DNA of 64,000 bases from Candidatus Actinomarina sp. (GTDB taxonomy: Bacteria > Actinomycetota > Acidimicrobiia > Actinomarinales > Actinomarinaceae): assembly GCA_038142145.1 (NCBI GenBank), contig JAYQJM010000005.1:366114-430113 (forward strand), given 5' to 3'. Below, in pieces: positions 1 to 9,728 of the stretch. Numbering within the stretch: the stretch's first letter is position 1; each line of letters starts with the position of its first letter. Made by a program: the position numbers and the translations under genes. Under the pieces are notes generated by a model. It made no database searches. It saw only the letters and a list, made by a program, of their open reading frames with translations, and was not told the origin of the DNA.

Positions 1-2577
1 TTCGTTTTTGATAAGATCTTCAATTATTTCAATCTGTTTTGGAATAAGATTATCGTCAGAAACAATAGTTATTGAATTTAACGGTTGTTTATTAGGAAGT
101 TTTAATTTAACTCTTAAATTTCGAACACTTTTAATTATATCTTTAGCAAGTTGAACACTTGATTCTAATTCTTTGTTAATCAGTTTTTCATTTGCTACTG
201 GATATTCTTCATAATGAATACTTTTTTCTTCTTGTTGGGTCAAGCCTTGGTAAATTTCTTCACATATAAATGGTAAAACCGGAGCCATAGCTTTTGTAAA
301 TTCTGTTAGTACTTCATGAAGAGTTTTGAATGCATTTATTTTATCAATGTCGTTACTATCTTTTTCTTTCCAAAATCTTTTTCTATTTGACCTAATATAC
401 CAATTAGTTAATTCATCAATAAAATTCATCAATGGTGGAATTACCTCATATAGGTAGTAATTTTCCATCTTTTCATTTACAGTTTTAATTAGAGATTGCA
501 ATGTTGATACTAACCATTGATCCATAAGTGCTCTTTCTTCTACAGGCAGAGCTGTTTCAAGCTCTTCATAAGTTATGTCGTCAGCATTTGCATATGTTGA
601 AAAGAATGAAAAACTATTCCAGAGGGGTAGGATTATACTTCTTGTGACGAGCTGAACACCTTCCTCAGAAAATTTTAAAGGTTCACCTCGAACTACAGGT
701 GAGTTTATTAAATAAGCTCTAAGACTATCTCCACCATATTTATTTAAGAGCTCTTCAGGATCTGGATAGTTTTTTAAACTTTTGCTCATTTTTCTTCCAT
801 CTTCAGCCAGAATCATGCCAGTAGTAATACAATTTTTAAATGCTACTGAGTCAAACAATGCAACTGCCAAAATGGTTAAGGTATAAAACCACCCTCTAGT
901 TTGGTCAAGTCCTTCTGCAATAAAATCAGCAGGAAATCCATTTAGGAATTCATCTTTGTTTTCAAACGGATAATGTTGCTGACCATATGGCATAGAGCCT
1001 GATTCAAACCAACAATCTAAAACTTCAGGTGTTCTTTTGTAGGTTTTTCCGTCAACTTTAATTAATAAATCATCTAAATAGTGTCTATGCAAGTCGACAA
1101 TTTCTTTTCCAGTATATTCTTGAAGTTCTTCAACTGATCCGATACAGATTTGGTCTTGAGGGTCATCAACATTTACCCATACAGGTATACAACTTCCCCA
1201 GTATCTGTTTCTACTGATTGCCCAGTCTCTAGCATTTCCAAGCCAATTAGAAAATCTTTTTTCTCCAATAAATCCTGGAACCCAGTGAGTTGAAGCATTA
1301 AGCTCAACCATTCGATCTCTTATTTTTTCAACATTAACAAACCATGTTGGAATGGCTTTATAAATTAAAGGGGTACCTGTTCTCCAACAAAATGGGTATG
1401 AATGAGTTTCTGTTTTGTAACTAAACAAGGCATCTCTGTTTTTAAGTTGCTCAACAACAATTTTATCCGCATCTTTTACATTTAAATCCTTAAGCTCAGC
1501 AAATGTTGAATCAAATTTTCCTGCAAGAGTGACGGGGTCTACAATTACATCTATGTCTGCGTTCTTAAGTGCGTAAAAATCACTTTCTCCATAGGCAGGT
1601 GCCTGAGATACTAACCCTGAACCAGATTCAGTATTCGTATCATCACTATGAATAATTCTAAATGTACCATCTTGGAAAGTGTCTTCGTATTCGTCATAAG
1701 CAGGAATGTATGTTGCACCAATTAATTCACTTCCAGTAGATTCATCTAAAATATCGAAATCATAATTTTCTAGCTCCAAAAGTCTTTCTTTTGCAATCCA
1801 GTAAAACTTATTTTCGATTGAAATTCTTGAATATGTAATATCCTTTCCTACAGCAATAGCTAAGTTACCAGGTATGCACCAAGGTGTAGTTGTCCATACT
1901 AGAAAATTGTCACCTTTGACAATCTTATTAAAATTCTCTCTGGCTTTTAAAGTAAAAAATATGGAAGGATCTTCAACATCCCTGTAATCCATATTCGCTT
2001 CAAAATTTGACAATGGTGTTGAAGCTGCCCACGAATAAGGTAAAACCTTATAATCCTGATAAATAAGTTCTTTTGACCATAATTCTTTGAAAACCCACCA
2101 AACACTTTCCATGAAATCAATATCCATAGTTTTGTAGTCATTTTCAAAATCAACCCATCTACCTATTTTTCTCGTTATTTTTTCCCAATTTTCTGTGTTA
2201 GTTTGAACTTGAGTACGACATGCTTCATTGAATTTTCCTATTCCAAATTCATCTATTTGCTGAGGGTCTTCTAAGTTAAGTTTTTTCTGAACTTCCATTT
2301 CAATAGGAAGCCCATGAACATCCCATCCAAACCTTCTTTCAACGTAATATCCTCTCATGGTCCAATATCTTGGAACTATGTCTTTTATTACACCAGCTAA
2401 TAAATTTCCATAGTGAGGACTGCCAGTAGGGAACGGAGGACCATCGTAGAATCTAAATACTTTAGAGTCTTTTCTTGATTCCATTGAATTTTCAAATGCA
2501 TTGATTTTATCCCAATAATTTGAAATATTTTCTTCAAGTTTAGGTAAATCTATATTTGAACTAATTCTTTTAAACAT
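1..2577 (-). CDS. ileS: Isoleucyl-tRNA synthetase (type 2, actinobacterial/eukaryote-like). N-terminal ~859 codons only; the C-terminal end lies beyond the window start.
   Basis: Absent from the ORF track because it is open at the window edge. My reverse-strand translation from the ATG (rc of 2575-2577) reads MFKRISSNIDLPKLEENISNYWDKINAFE...FYDGPPFPTGSPHYGNLLAG (HIGH-class motif)...WDVHGLPIE...GRKMSKSLKNYPDP (KMSKS, rc of ~778-792). I saw no stop down to position 1. Confidence 0.93.
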   Translation of the reverse strand, partial: MFKRISSNIDLPKLEENISNYWDKINAFENSMESRKDSKVFRFYDGPPFPTGSPHYGNLLAGVIKDIVPRYWTMRGYYVERRFGWDVHGLPIEMEVQKKLNLEDPQQIDEFGIGKFNEACRTQVQTNTENWEKITRKIGRWVDFENDYKTMDIDFMESVWWVFKELWSKELIYQDYKVLPYSWAASTPLSNFEANMDYRDVEDPSIFFTLKARENFNKIVKGDNFLVWTTTPWCIPGNLAIAVGKDITYSRISIENKFYWIAKERLLELENYDFDILDESTGSELIGATYIPAYDEYEDTFQDGTFRIIHSDDTNTESGSGLVSQAPAYGESDFYALKNADIDVIVDPVTLAGKFDSTFAELKDLNVKDADKIVVEQLKNRDALFSYKTETHSYPFCWRTGTPLIYKAIPTWFVNVEKIRDRMVELNASTHWVPGFIGEKRFSNWLGNARDWAISRNRYWGSCIPVWVNVDDPQDQICIGSVEELQEYTGKEIVDLHRHYLDDLLIKVDGKTYKRTPEVLDCWFESGSMPYGQQHYPFENKDEFLNGFPADFIAEGLDQTRGWFYTLTILAVALFDSVAFKNCITTGMILAEDGRKMSKSLKNYPDPEELLNKYGGDSLRAYLINSPVVRGEPLKFSEEGVQLVTRSIILPLWNSFSFFSTYANADDITYEELETALPVEERALMDQWLVSTLQSLIKTVNEKMENYYLYEVIPPLMNFIDELTNWYIRSNRKRFWKEKDSNDIDKINAFKTLHEVLTEFTKAMAPVLPFICEEIYQGLTQQEEKSIHYEEYPVANEKLINKELESSVQLAKDIIKSVRNLRVKLKLPNKQPLNSITIVSDDNLIPKQIEIIEDLIKNE

Positions 2578-2696
2578 CTATACGATTTTAAGTCTTTTAA
2601 AGATAAATTTGTATAAATTCGAAGACTTTTTAAAAAAAATATATTTATAAGACTTTATTTAAAAAGTAGCTAATATACATTCATCTGAGGATTTAT

Positions 2697-3074
2697 ATGG
2701 TTAGAAAATTATCAACAAATACAGTAAATAAGTTTAAAAAGAAACTTATTGCAGAAAAAGAACAGTTAACAAACATCTTAGAACACCATCAACAACAAAG
2801 GGAAAATATTAGATTATCCGAAGGATCAGCGGAAAGAAGTCCCGATCCAACATCCGCTGATGGTGGCTCTATGGCATTTGAGTTAGAAAAAGAATTAACT
2901 TTAGACGAGAATACACGACATTTGTTAAACCAAGTTGAACACGCTTTAGTTATGATCCAAAAGAAAAAATATGGCATTTGTGAAAATTGCAATGAAGCCA
3001 TTCCAGTTGCAAGGCTTGAAGCAATACCATATTCAACACAATGCAAAAACTGCGCAGCATTAATTGAATCTTAG
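2697..3074 (+). CDS. DksA/TraR-family C4 zinc-finger protein
   Basis: 125 aa with a coiled-coil-like N-terminus and C-terminal CENC...x17...CKNC. A GAGGA SD lies 5 nt upstream of the ATG. It sits directly upstream of lspA, as in other actinobacteria. Confidence 0.72.
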   Translation: MVRKLSTNTVNKFKKKLIAEKEQLTNILEHHQQQRENIRLSEGSAERSPDPTSADGGSMAFELEKELTLDENTRHLLNQVEHALVMIQKKKYGICENCNEAIPVARLEAIPYSTQCKNCAALIES

Positions 3075-3522
3075 AAATTATCTAAGTCCCGTATTAATAA
3101 TTGTTTCATTATCTTCTTTAGATTTGTACATAAAGTATTTGATAAGAATAAATAATATTCAAGAAAAATTAATTTTAGAAAATTTCTTAACAATCGACCT
3201 TACTTACAACACTGGAATAGCATTCGGTTTTTTCAGCGACTATACGGAGATCACCTATGTTTTTTCACTTGTTGTTTTTCTTTGGCTAATATCTCAGTTT
3301 AGAAATTTCGATATAGGCAGTGTTGAAATGTATTCATTTTGCTTAATAACAAGTGGAGCAATTGGTAATTTAGGTGAAAGAGGATGGAATTTAATATTTA
3401 ATCAAAATGGAAAAGTAACTGACTTTATAGAACTCTTGTTTATTCCGAGTTTTAATTTTGCTGACATATATATTACATTTGGAATTATTGGCTTATTTTA
3501 TATGGAGTTAAGAAAAAATTAA
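3064..3522 (+). CDS. lspA: Lipoprotein signal peptidase II
   Basis: 152 aa polytopic protein with the SPase II boxes YNTGIAFGFF, GAIGNLGER, VTDFIE and FNFAD. The GNxxDR Asp is replaced by Glu (see findings). Confidence 0.85.
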   Translation: MNLRNYLSPVLIIVSLSSLDLYIKYLIRINNIQEKLILENFLTIDLTYNTGIAFGFFSDYTEITYVFSLVVFLWLISQFRNFDIGSVEMYSFCLITSGAIGNLGERGWNLIFNQNGKVTDFIELLFIPSFNFADIYITFGIIGLFYMELRKN

Positions 3523-4174
3523 TATTGAAATAGTTCATGAGAACGAAAATTTTGTAATTGTTAACAAACCTGCAGGAGTCTTAACTCATCCTGTTCAAAA
3601 TTCTGATGAGAAAACAATTCAAGACTACTTAAAAGAAAATTTTCGAATAGAGTATGAATTTGAAGATGATAGACAAGGTATTGTCCATCGGCTTGATAGG
3701 GTTACAACAGGATTGCTTATTTGTCCTTTAAATCGTGAAACACATTTAGATTTAAAAACTATTTTTAAAAAAAGAGAAATTCAAAAAAAATATAGAGCTA
3801 TTGTCGAAGGTGAATTCAAAACGAAAAGTGGAACAATTGAACTGCCACTTGCAAGTTCAAATGTTAATAGAAAAAAAAGAACTGTTAGCGCTCAAGGCAG
3901 AGAGGCTATTACTGAATTTAAAGTCTTGTCTAGTAATGATAAGTATTCTTGGATTGAATTAAATCTAATAACAGGACGAAATCATCAAATAAGAGCTCAT
4001 TTGGAGTATTTAAAAACACCAATCGTAAATGACATTCTTTATGGTGCAAATCATCATGAAAATTTAGAAAAAAATATGATATGCTTGCAGGCGTTTAAAT
4101 TAAAATTTTTATTATCAAATGAAAATTTTGAATTCACAATCGACCAGCCCGATTACTTTAGTTCAATATTATAA
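3518..4174 (+). CDS. RluA-family pseudouridine synthase (no S4 domain); start codon unresolved
   Basis: The frame is open from 3512 and encodes IEIVHENENFVIVNKPAGVLTHP...GIVHRLDRVTTGLL...TGRNHQIRAHL. The ORF-track start (TTG 3713) lies downstream of the catalytic HRLDR motif (3686-3700). The only codons available upstream are ATT and ATA. Confidence 0.8.
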   Translation: MNIEIVHENENFVIVNKPAGVLTHPVQNSDEKTIQDYLKENFRIEYEFEDDRQGIVHRLDRVTTGLLICPLNRETHLDLKTIFKKREIQKKYRAIVEGEFKTKSGTIELPLASSNVNRKKRTVSAQGREAITEFKVLSSNDKYSWIELNLITGRNHQIRAHLEYLKTPIVNDILYGANHHENLEKNMICLQAFKLKFLLSNENFEFTIDQPDYFSSIL

Positions 4175-4205
4175 AAAAATTTTAAAAACTCTTTAAAATA
4201 TCTTT

Positions 4206-7200
4206 ATGACAAATTCTTTCGTTCACCTTCATGCGCACACAGAGTATTCAATGTTAGATGGTGCGGCGAAGATAAAAGATTACTTAAATAAAGTTAAAGA
4301 GTTAAATCAACCTGCAGCTGCAATAACAGATCATGGAAATTTATACGGAGCTTTAGAGTTTGTTAAAGTAGCAGAAGATATTGGAGTACAACCAATTATT
4401 GGTTACGAAGCTTATATCACACCTGGTTCGCGATTTGATAGGCCTGATAGACAAAATAATAAACGTTACCATTTAACACTTTTGGCAGAAAATAATGTTG
4501 GATATCAAAATTTAGTTGAGTTAGTTAGTAAGGCCTTTATAGAGGGTTATTACTACAAGCCCAGAATTGACTACGATCTGCTTAAAGAGCACTCAGAAGG
4601 CATAATTGCACTCTCAGGTTGCCTTGGTGGCGAAATAGCACAAAGCTTAGCTCCTGATTTGACGACTGAAGAGGGGAATTCTGGTAACGAAAAAAGTTAT
4701 TCGCGAGCATTAGAGCTTGCAAAAAATTATCAAAACATATTCGGGAAGGATAACTTCTTTATTGAGTTACACAATCATGGTATTCCTGAACAATTAGAGA
4801 TATTAGATGATTTAATTAAAATATCTAAAGAAATAGATGCTCCACTTGTAGCAACAAATGACTCTCACTACGTAGACAAAAAAGACGCATCATCCCATGA
4901 TGCATTATTGTGTGTACAAACCAATGCAACTATAGAAGACGAGAATAGATTTAAATTTGAAGGTGAAGGATATTTTGTTAAGTCTTCAGAGGAAATGAGA
5001 AAATTATTCCCGGATAAAAAATTTCCGAATGCATGTGATAACACATTAAAGATTGCTGAAAGAATAAATTATGAATTTAATTTTGGTGAAAACTTTCTTC
5101 CCGACTTTCCTTTACCAGAAGAGGGTGTAACAGCAGATGAATTTCTAAAAGTTAAAGTTTTTGAAGGAGCATCTCAGAGGTATGAAGAGATTACTTCAGA
5201 GGTTGAAGAGAGGATAAATTATGAATTAGATGTAATTTCTTCAATGGGCTTTGCCTCTTATTTTTTAATTGTTGGTGACTTAATTAGATTTGCTAGAGAA
5301 AAATCAATTAGAACTGGTGCAGGTAGAGGTTCCGCAGCAGGTTCTATAGTATCTTATTGTTTAGGGATAACAGGTATAGATCCAATTAAATATGGTTTAA
5401 TCTTTGAAAGATTTTTAAATACAGGTAGGAAGTCATTACCAGATATTGACATGGATTTTGACGAACGATACAGATCAGATGTGATCAATTATACAATTGA
5501 TAAATATGGTTCTGATAAGGTTGCTCATATTGTCACATTCGCAACTATTAAAGCTAAACAAGCTATTAGAGATGCTGCGAGAGTGCTTGGACTTCCTTTT
5601 TCAAGTGGAGACAGAGTTGCTAAGTTAATGCCACCTATGATTTTAGGCAATACTGCAACAATTTCAGAATGTTTAGAGCTAGATGAAGAAAATAAAAGTG
5701 GATATAGTAAAGAATTTTATTCTGCATCTGAAGAGTTAAGAAAACTGTATAAAAATGATGAGGAAGTAAAAAAAATTATTGATATTGCTTTAGGCCTAGA
5801 AGGTTTAAGACGACAAGATGGCATACATGCCGCAGCAGTTGTTATTTCACCATCAAAAATAACTAATTTTCTTCCAATTCAACAGAAGGGTGAAAATGCG
5901 GAGGTAGTAACGCAATACGAGATGCACACTGTTGAAAGGCTTGGTCTTTTAAAAATGGATTTTCTCGGTTTGAGAAATCTTTCAATAATTGATAGAACTT
6001 TAGAACTTATTAAAGGTAAAGATGTGGACATCGATAATGTACCTTTAGATGATAAAAAAACCTTTGAAATTTTTGCATCAGGAAAAATGACAGGCGTTTT
6101 TCAATTAGAAAGTAGAGTTGCACAATCGTTATCAAAGAGCTTATCTCCTAAACGTTTTGAAGACATTGTAGCCTTAGTAGCTTTAATAAGACCAGGGCCG
6201 TTAGGCGCAGGCATGCATACAGAGTTTGCAGATAGGGCAAATGGTAGAAAAGATATTGAATATTTACATCCAGATTTAGAAAATGTTCTTGGTGAAACTT
6301 ACGGTGTAATTTTATACCAAGAACAGGTGATGCAAGTAGCAGAAAAAATAGCAGGTTTTAACCTTCAGGAAGCTGACAATTTACGTGTAGCAATGGGTAA
6401 AAAAATTCCCAAGATTATGGAAGAGCAGAGAATAAAGTTTACTAATGGAGCTTCTGTTAAAGGTTATTCAGAGATATTTTCATCTGAATTATTTGATCAG
6501 ATTGCATATTTTGCTGGCTATGGTTTCAATAAAAGCCACTCAGTACCATATGCATTACTTGCATACCAAACAGCATATTTGAAAGCAAATTATCCCGCTG
6601 AGTACCTTTCAGCTTGCTTAACCGCAGTAAAAAGAGATAAAGATAGAACTGCAATTTTTTTATCAGAAGCAAGAGATATAGGAGTGCAGGTTACAACACC
6701 AGATATAAACTTAAGCAGCGAAGACTTTACAGTTTCTGACAATAAAATTATTTTTGGTTTGTCAGCAGTAAGAAATGTTGGTGATGTTACTGCGCAAAAA
6801 ATAATTAATGAAAGAAATGAAAATGGTGATTTTTCATCTATTGAGGATTTTTTATCAAGAATTGATTCGCGTTCATTAAATAAAAGAGGCGTAGAAGCTT
6901 TGGCTCAGGGAGGGGGTTTTGATAATTTCGGATTTACAAGAAAAGGAGTATACGAAGCAACTGTAGATTTGATTGAGGATGCTAAAGATTTAAAAAAAGA
7001 AAAGTTAAATAACCAGGGTTCTCTCTTCTCTTTAAATGAATCTGAAAACAATTTAACAACTATAGCTTCTTCAGAATGGGAAAAGAAAGAGTTGTTAGAA
7101 CGAGAAAGAGAAATGCTTGGTTTCTTTGTTAGTGAAGATCCTCTTGATGGATACGGAGAAGTGTTAAAAAGTGAATCTTCACATACGATAATTGAATTAC

Positions 7201-7703
7201 AAAATTTAGAAGAAGAGGATGAAGAGGTAAATGTAGTTATTGCAGGTTTAGTGTCAAATATTCAAAAAAGAGTATCTAGACGAGGCAATCCTTGGATCCA
7301 ATTTGACCTACAAGACACAACAGGATCGGTAGGTGTTTTATTATTTAATAAACTTGTTGATAAATATAATAATGAAATTGATGGAGAGCTTTATATAAAG
7401 GTTACCGGTACCTATGTTGGTGGTGCTGAAAACACTTTAAGAGCTAGAGATTTAGTTGTTATAGAACCCACTAAACTTTTGACAGATTTAGATATTACTC
7501 CATTAACTATCCAGGTTAATGAAGATAATTTAACAAAAAATAATTTAATTTTATTAAAAGAGTTGTTTATGAAGCATCCTGGACAATCAAATGTTGAGTT
7601 AGAGGTGATAGGCAATGACGATATAAAACTACTAGAACTGAAATCAATAAAAGTAAAAAAATCTTCAAAACTAAATAATGACATTTCAATACTGTTGTCA
7701 TAG
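4206..7703 (+). CDS. dnaE: DNA polymerase III alpha subunit
   Basis: 1165 aa. It has an N-terminal PHP domain (HLHAHTEYSMLDGA), the polymerase core (GRGSAAGS, PDIDMDF), an HhH region and an OB fold. Synteny with lspA/rluA matches the mycobacterial dnaE1 region. Confidence 0.97.
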   Translation: MTNSFVHLHAHTEYSMLDGAAKIKDYLNKVKELNQPAAAITDHGNLYGALEFVKVAEDIGVQPIIGYEAYITPGSRFDRPDRQNNKRYHLTLLAENNVGYQNLVELVSKAFIEGYYYKPRIDYDLLKEHSEGIIALSGCLGGEIAQSLAPDLTTEEGNSGNEKSYSRALELAKNYQNIFGKDNFFIELHNHGIPEQLEILDDLIKISKEIDAPLVATNDSHYVDKKDASSHDALLCVQTNATIEDENRFKFEGEGYFVKSSEEMRKLFPDKKFPNACDNTLKIAERINYEFNFGENFLPDFPLPEEGVTADEFLKVKVFEGASQRYEEITSEVEERINYELDVISSMGFASYFLIVGDLIRFAREKSIRTGAGRGSAAGSIVSYCLGITGIDPIKYGLIFERFLNTGRKSLPDIDMDFDERYRSDVINYTIDKYGSDKVAHIVTFATIKAKQAIRDAARVLGLPFSSGDRVAKLMPPMILGNTATISECLELDEENKSGYSKEFYSASEELRKLYKNDEEVKKIIDIALGLEGLRRQDGIHAAAVVISPSKITNFLPIQQKGENAEVVTQYEMHTVERLGLLKMDFLGLRNLSIIDRTLELIKGKDVDIDNVPLDDKKTFEIFASGKMTGVFQLESRVAQSLSKSLSPKRFEDIVALVALIRPGPLGAGMHTEFADRANGRKDIEYLHPDLENVLGETYGVILYQEQVMQVAEKIAGFNLQEADNLRVAMGKKIPKIMEEQRIKFTNGASVKGYSEIFSSELFDQIAYFAGYGFNKSHSVPYALLAYQTAYLKANYPAEYLSACLTAVKRDKDRTAIFLSEARDIGVQVTTPDINLSSEDFTVSDNKIIFGLSAVRNVGDVTAQKIINERNENGDFSSIEDFLSRIDSRSLNKRGVEALAQGGGFDNFGFTRKGVYEATVDLIEDAKDLKKEKLNNQGSLFSLNESENNLTTIASSEWEKKELLEREREMLGFFVSEDPLDGYGEVLKSESSHTIIELQNLEEEDEEVNVVIAGLVSNIQKRVSRRGNPWIQFDLQDTTGSVGVLLFNKLVDKYNNEIDGELYIKVTGTYVGGAENTLRARDLVVIEPTKLLTDLDITPLTIQVNEDNLTKNNLILLKELFMKHPGQSNVELEVIGNDDIKLLELKSIKVKKSSKLNNDISILLS

Positions 7704-7720
7704 TGAGCTAAAATTAACTT

Positions 7721-7930
7721 ATGTCATTAAACATTGAAGAGTTAAAAACAAGATATAAAGAAAGAGCTGAAGCTGTTAAAAATAGATCAATCCCACCAGT
7801 CGGAGGTGATGATAGAGCAGCATTCATTAAGCAAGCTGAGCTTGATTTTCAAGATTATATGTTTGTAGCTGATTGTGATTTTGAAGTTATTGACGGATAT
7901 CTTGTAATGAAATATAAGTTAGACAGTTAA
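7721..7930 (+). CDS. Hypothetical small protein (69 aa)
   Basis: The ORF has non-low-complexity composition and is tightly packed after dnaE. I recognise no family. Confidence 0.4.
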   Translation: MSLNIEELKTRYKERAEAVKNRSIPPVGGDDRAAFIKQAELDFQDYMFVADCDFEVIDGYLVMKYKLDS

Positions 7931-8589
7931 TTTAAATTCTTTCCCATCGGAAAAATTGAAGATACAACTTCTGCACATGCAATTGCAATCTCCATATGTT
8001 CTTTTTGAGTTCCATTTGCAGATCTAAGTTCTATGTAGTGAATCCAGCTTCGTAATGTACCGTTCATATACAGTCGACTTACAGTATTTCCTTCTGGTAG
8101 AACTGCACGTGCTTGCTCTTTAGCAATTCCATTTTCTATAGCCCAGTTGTAGGCTTTTTTAGAGTTTTCAATCAGATCCAATTGAATTTGAGTCCATTCG
8201 TTTTCTAGTGTTTCATTTTTTGACTCAATTGAATTTTGTCTATTTTTTGGATCTTGCAACCTGGCTTCGCGTGTAACAAATTCTAAGTCTTTTACAGGAT
8301 TTGCGTATCTTTGACTAAATTCCTGAAAACTAAAAGATCTATGTCTCAACATTTGTCTCGCAATATCTCTTGTAGTTTCAATTTCTAAACAAGCACTAAC
8401 CATCTCAAGTGGTGACCAGTGAGAATTTTTGATTAAATAATTAATTAATTTTTCACTTGTTTCAGTATTTAGTTGATTAGAGGGGTTTGAAACTCTTGCG
8501 CAATAAGCTACAAGTTCTTGAACGTCTTTAATGCCTTCTTTAGCAATATCTTCATTTGGTGTTGAATAACTTATTAATTTAACTTTCAT
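7927..8589 (-). CDS. thyX: FAD-dependent thymidylate synthase
   Basis: 220 aa with the ThyX signature RHRSFSFQEFSQRY. Confidence 0.93.
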   Translation of the reverse strand: MKVKLISYSTPNEDIAKEGIKDVQELVAYCARVSNPSNQLNTETSEKLINYLIKNSHWSPLEMVSACLEIETTRDIARQMLRHRSFSFQEFSQRYANPVKDLEFVTREARLQDPKNRQNSIESKNETLENEWTQIQLDLIENSKKAYNWAIENGIAKEQARAVLPEGNTVSRLYMNGTLRSWIHYIELRSANGTQKEHMEIAIACAEVVSSIFPMGKNLN

Positions 8590-8596
8590 TATTTTT

Positions 8597-8602
8597 ATTA
8601 TA
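8597..8602 (-). promoter_or_regulatory. Candidate -10 box TATAAT for thyX, at -13..-8 from the ATG (leaderless-type spacing)
   Basis: The reverse complement of 8590-8602 reads TATAATAAAAATA and is followed by the ATG. Confidence 0.45.
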
Positions 8603-8615
8603 TTAAAATCTAATT

Positions 8616-8879
8616 ATGTTTTTACTAAGATTAGTAGTCTTTTTCATCTCTTTGTTGATGCTTACAATTTTAGCCTATCCTTTGTTGTTAATTTTAGATA
8701 TTTCACAAGGAGGAACTTATTTTGGACTTTGCAGTGATTTAGCTACTTGTGAAATAGGATTTTTAGAAGGACCAAGACTTTTAATTATTTTGATTATGTC
8801 ATTTTTTGTTTTAGTAGTTATATTGAGGTTAATTATGAAGCTTATAAACAGTATAAATAATGAATCTTCTATTCTTTAA
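8616..8879 (+). CDS. Hypothetical small membrane protein (87 aa)
   Basis: It has two or three hydrophobic spans. TAAAAT lies at -12..-7 from the ATG. I recognise no family. Confidence 0.4.
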   Translation: MFLLRLVVFFISLLMLTILAYPLLLILDISQGGTYFGLCSDLATCEIGFLEGPRLLIILIMSFFVLVVILRLIMKLINSINNESSIL

Positions 8880-9696
8880 CAGCACCAAAAATTGATAACA
8901 AAACTATCACTACACCTATCCAGTTTATTAAATTTAAAACTTCATTAGCTAAAGATATACCTATCAAAATTGCAAATATAGCTTCCAGGCTTAATATCAA
9001 AGAAGAAGTAGACGCTTTAACAAACTTTTGTCCAAATAACTGAAGGTAGAACGCACCTACATTTACAACTAGTCCTAAAAACACTATAGGAACAATATTT
9101 TGAACTATTGGAGTAGCTTCATTAATTGAAATGTAAGGCATACATAAAGATGCACCAAATAAGGATTGGACAAACATTAGATTTGAAATATTAAAATTAT
9201 TAACTTCTTTTTCTACTAGAACAATATGTATCGCATAAGACATTGCACATATAAATGTAAACAAATTTCCAAACATTTGATCTATGCTTGTGCTTGAAAT
9301 CAAGAGTATTCCTGTAAACCCAAAAAATGAAAATACATAATTTTTTGTTTGAAGGTCAGTATGATTTATTAACTTACTCAAAAGGGGAGTTAAAACTACA
9401 TAAAACCCAGTAACGACTCCAGAATTAATTGTTGATGAGGTGACCAATCCTTCAGTTTGGGTATAGTATCCCAGCCAAAGAAAGAATCCCATAATCAATC
9501 CAGGTTTAATTGAGTTTTTATTTGGGATTCCTCCAATAATCAGAAAAAATATTGAAGCAATTAAAAATCTGCAAAATACGACAAACATAGGTGATAAATC
9601 ATCCAATAAATTTTTAACAACAAGGAATGTAGAACCAAATAACATTGCAGATGCAAACAAAGCCAGTAGTGCTTTATTTTGCGAGTTTAATTTCAT
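8869..9696 (-). CDS. EamA/DMT-family transporter
   Basis: 275 aa with about 10 TM segments and the two-repeat architecture typical of drug/metabolite transporters. Confidence 0.7.
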   Translation of the reverse strand: MKLNSQNKALLALFASAMLFGSTFLVVKNLLDDLSPMFVVFCRFLIASIFFLIIGGIPNKNSIKPGLIMGFFLWLGYYTQTEGLVTSSTINSGVVTGFYVVLTPLLSKLINHTDLQTKNYVFSFFGFTGILLISSTSIDQMFGNLFTFICAMSYAIHIVLVEKEVNNFNISNLMFVQSLFGASLCMPYISINEATPIVQNIVPIVFLGLVVNVGAFYLQLFGQKFVKASTSSLILSLEAIFAILIGISLANEVLNLINWIGVVIVLLSIFGAVKE

Positions 9697-9716
9697 AATT
9701 GAGATTTTAAAAGAGA

Positions 9717-9722
9717 TACAAT
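9717..9722 (+). promoter_or_regulatory. Candidate -10 box TACAAT for nth, at -12..-7 from the GTG start
   Basis: TACAAT is followed by 6 nt (ATATAA) and then GTG at 9729. Confidence 0.4.
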
Positions 9723-9728
9723 ATATAA

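Noticed and set aside
1947-2153. A 68-aa minus-strand ORF near the window start.
   Set aside because: It lies in a different frame inside the ileS coding region, which reads through uninterrupted in the homologous frame.
2578-2696. A possible T-box leader upstream of ileS, as in mycobacterial ileS. I also noticed AAGTCTT/AAGACTT inverted repeats here.
   Set aside because: The region is only 119 nt and is shared with a divergent promoter. It has no T-box consensus (no GGUGNRA/ACCGCG-like element) and no specifier or antiterminator architecture. The 7-bp AT-rich stem with a 27-nt loop is weak. A TAAAAT hexamer at -13..-8 of the ileS ATG instead suggests a leaderless start.
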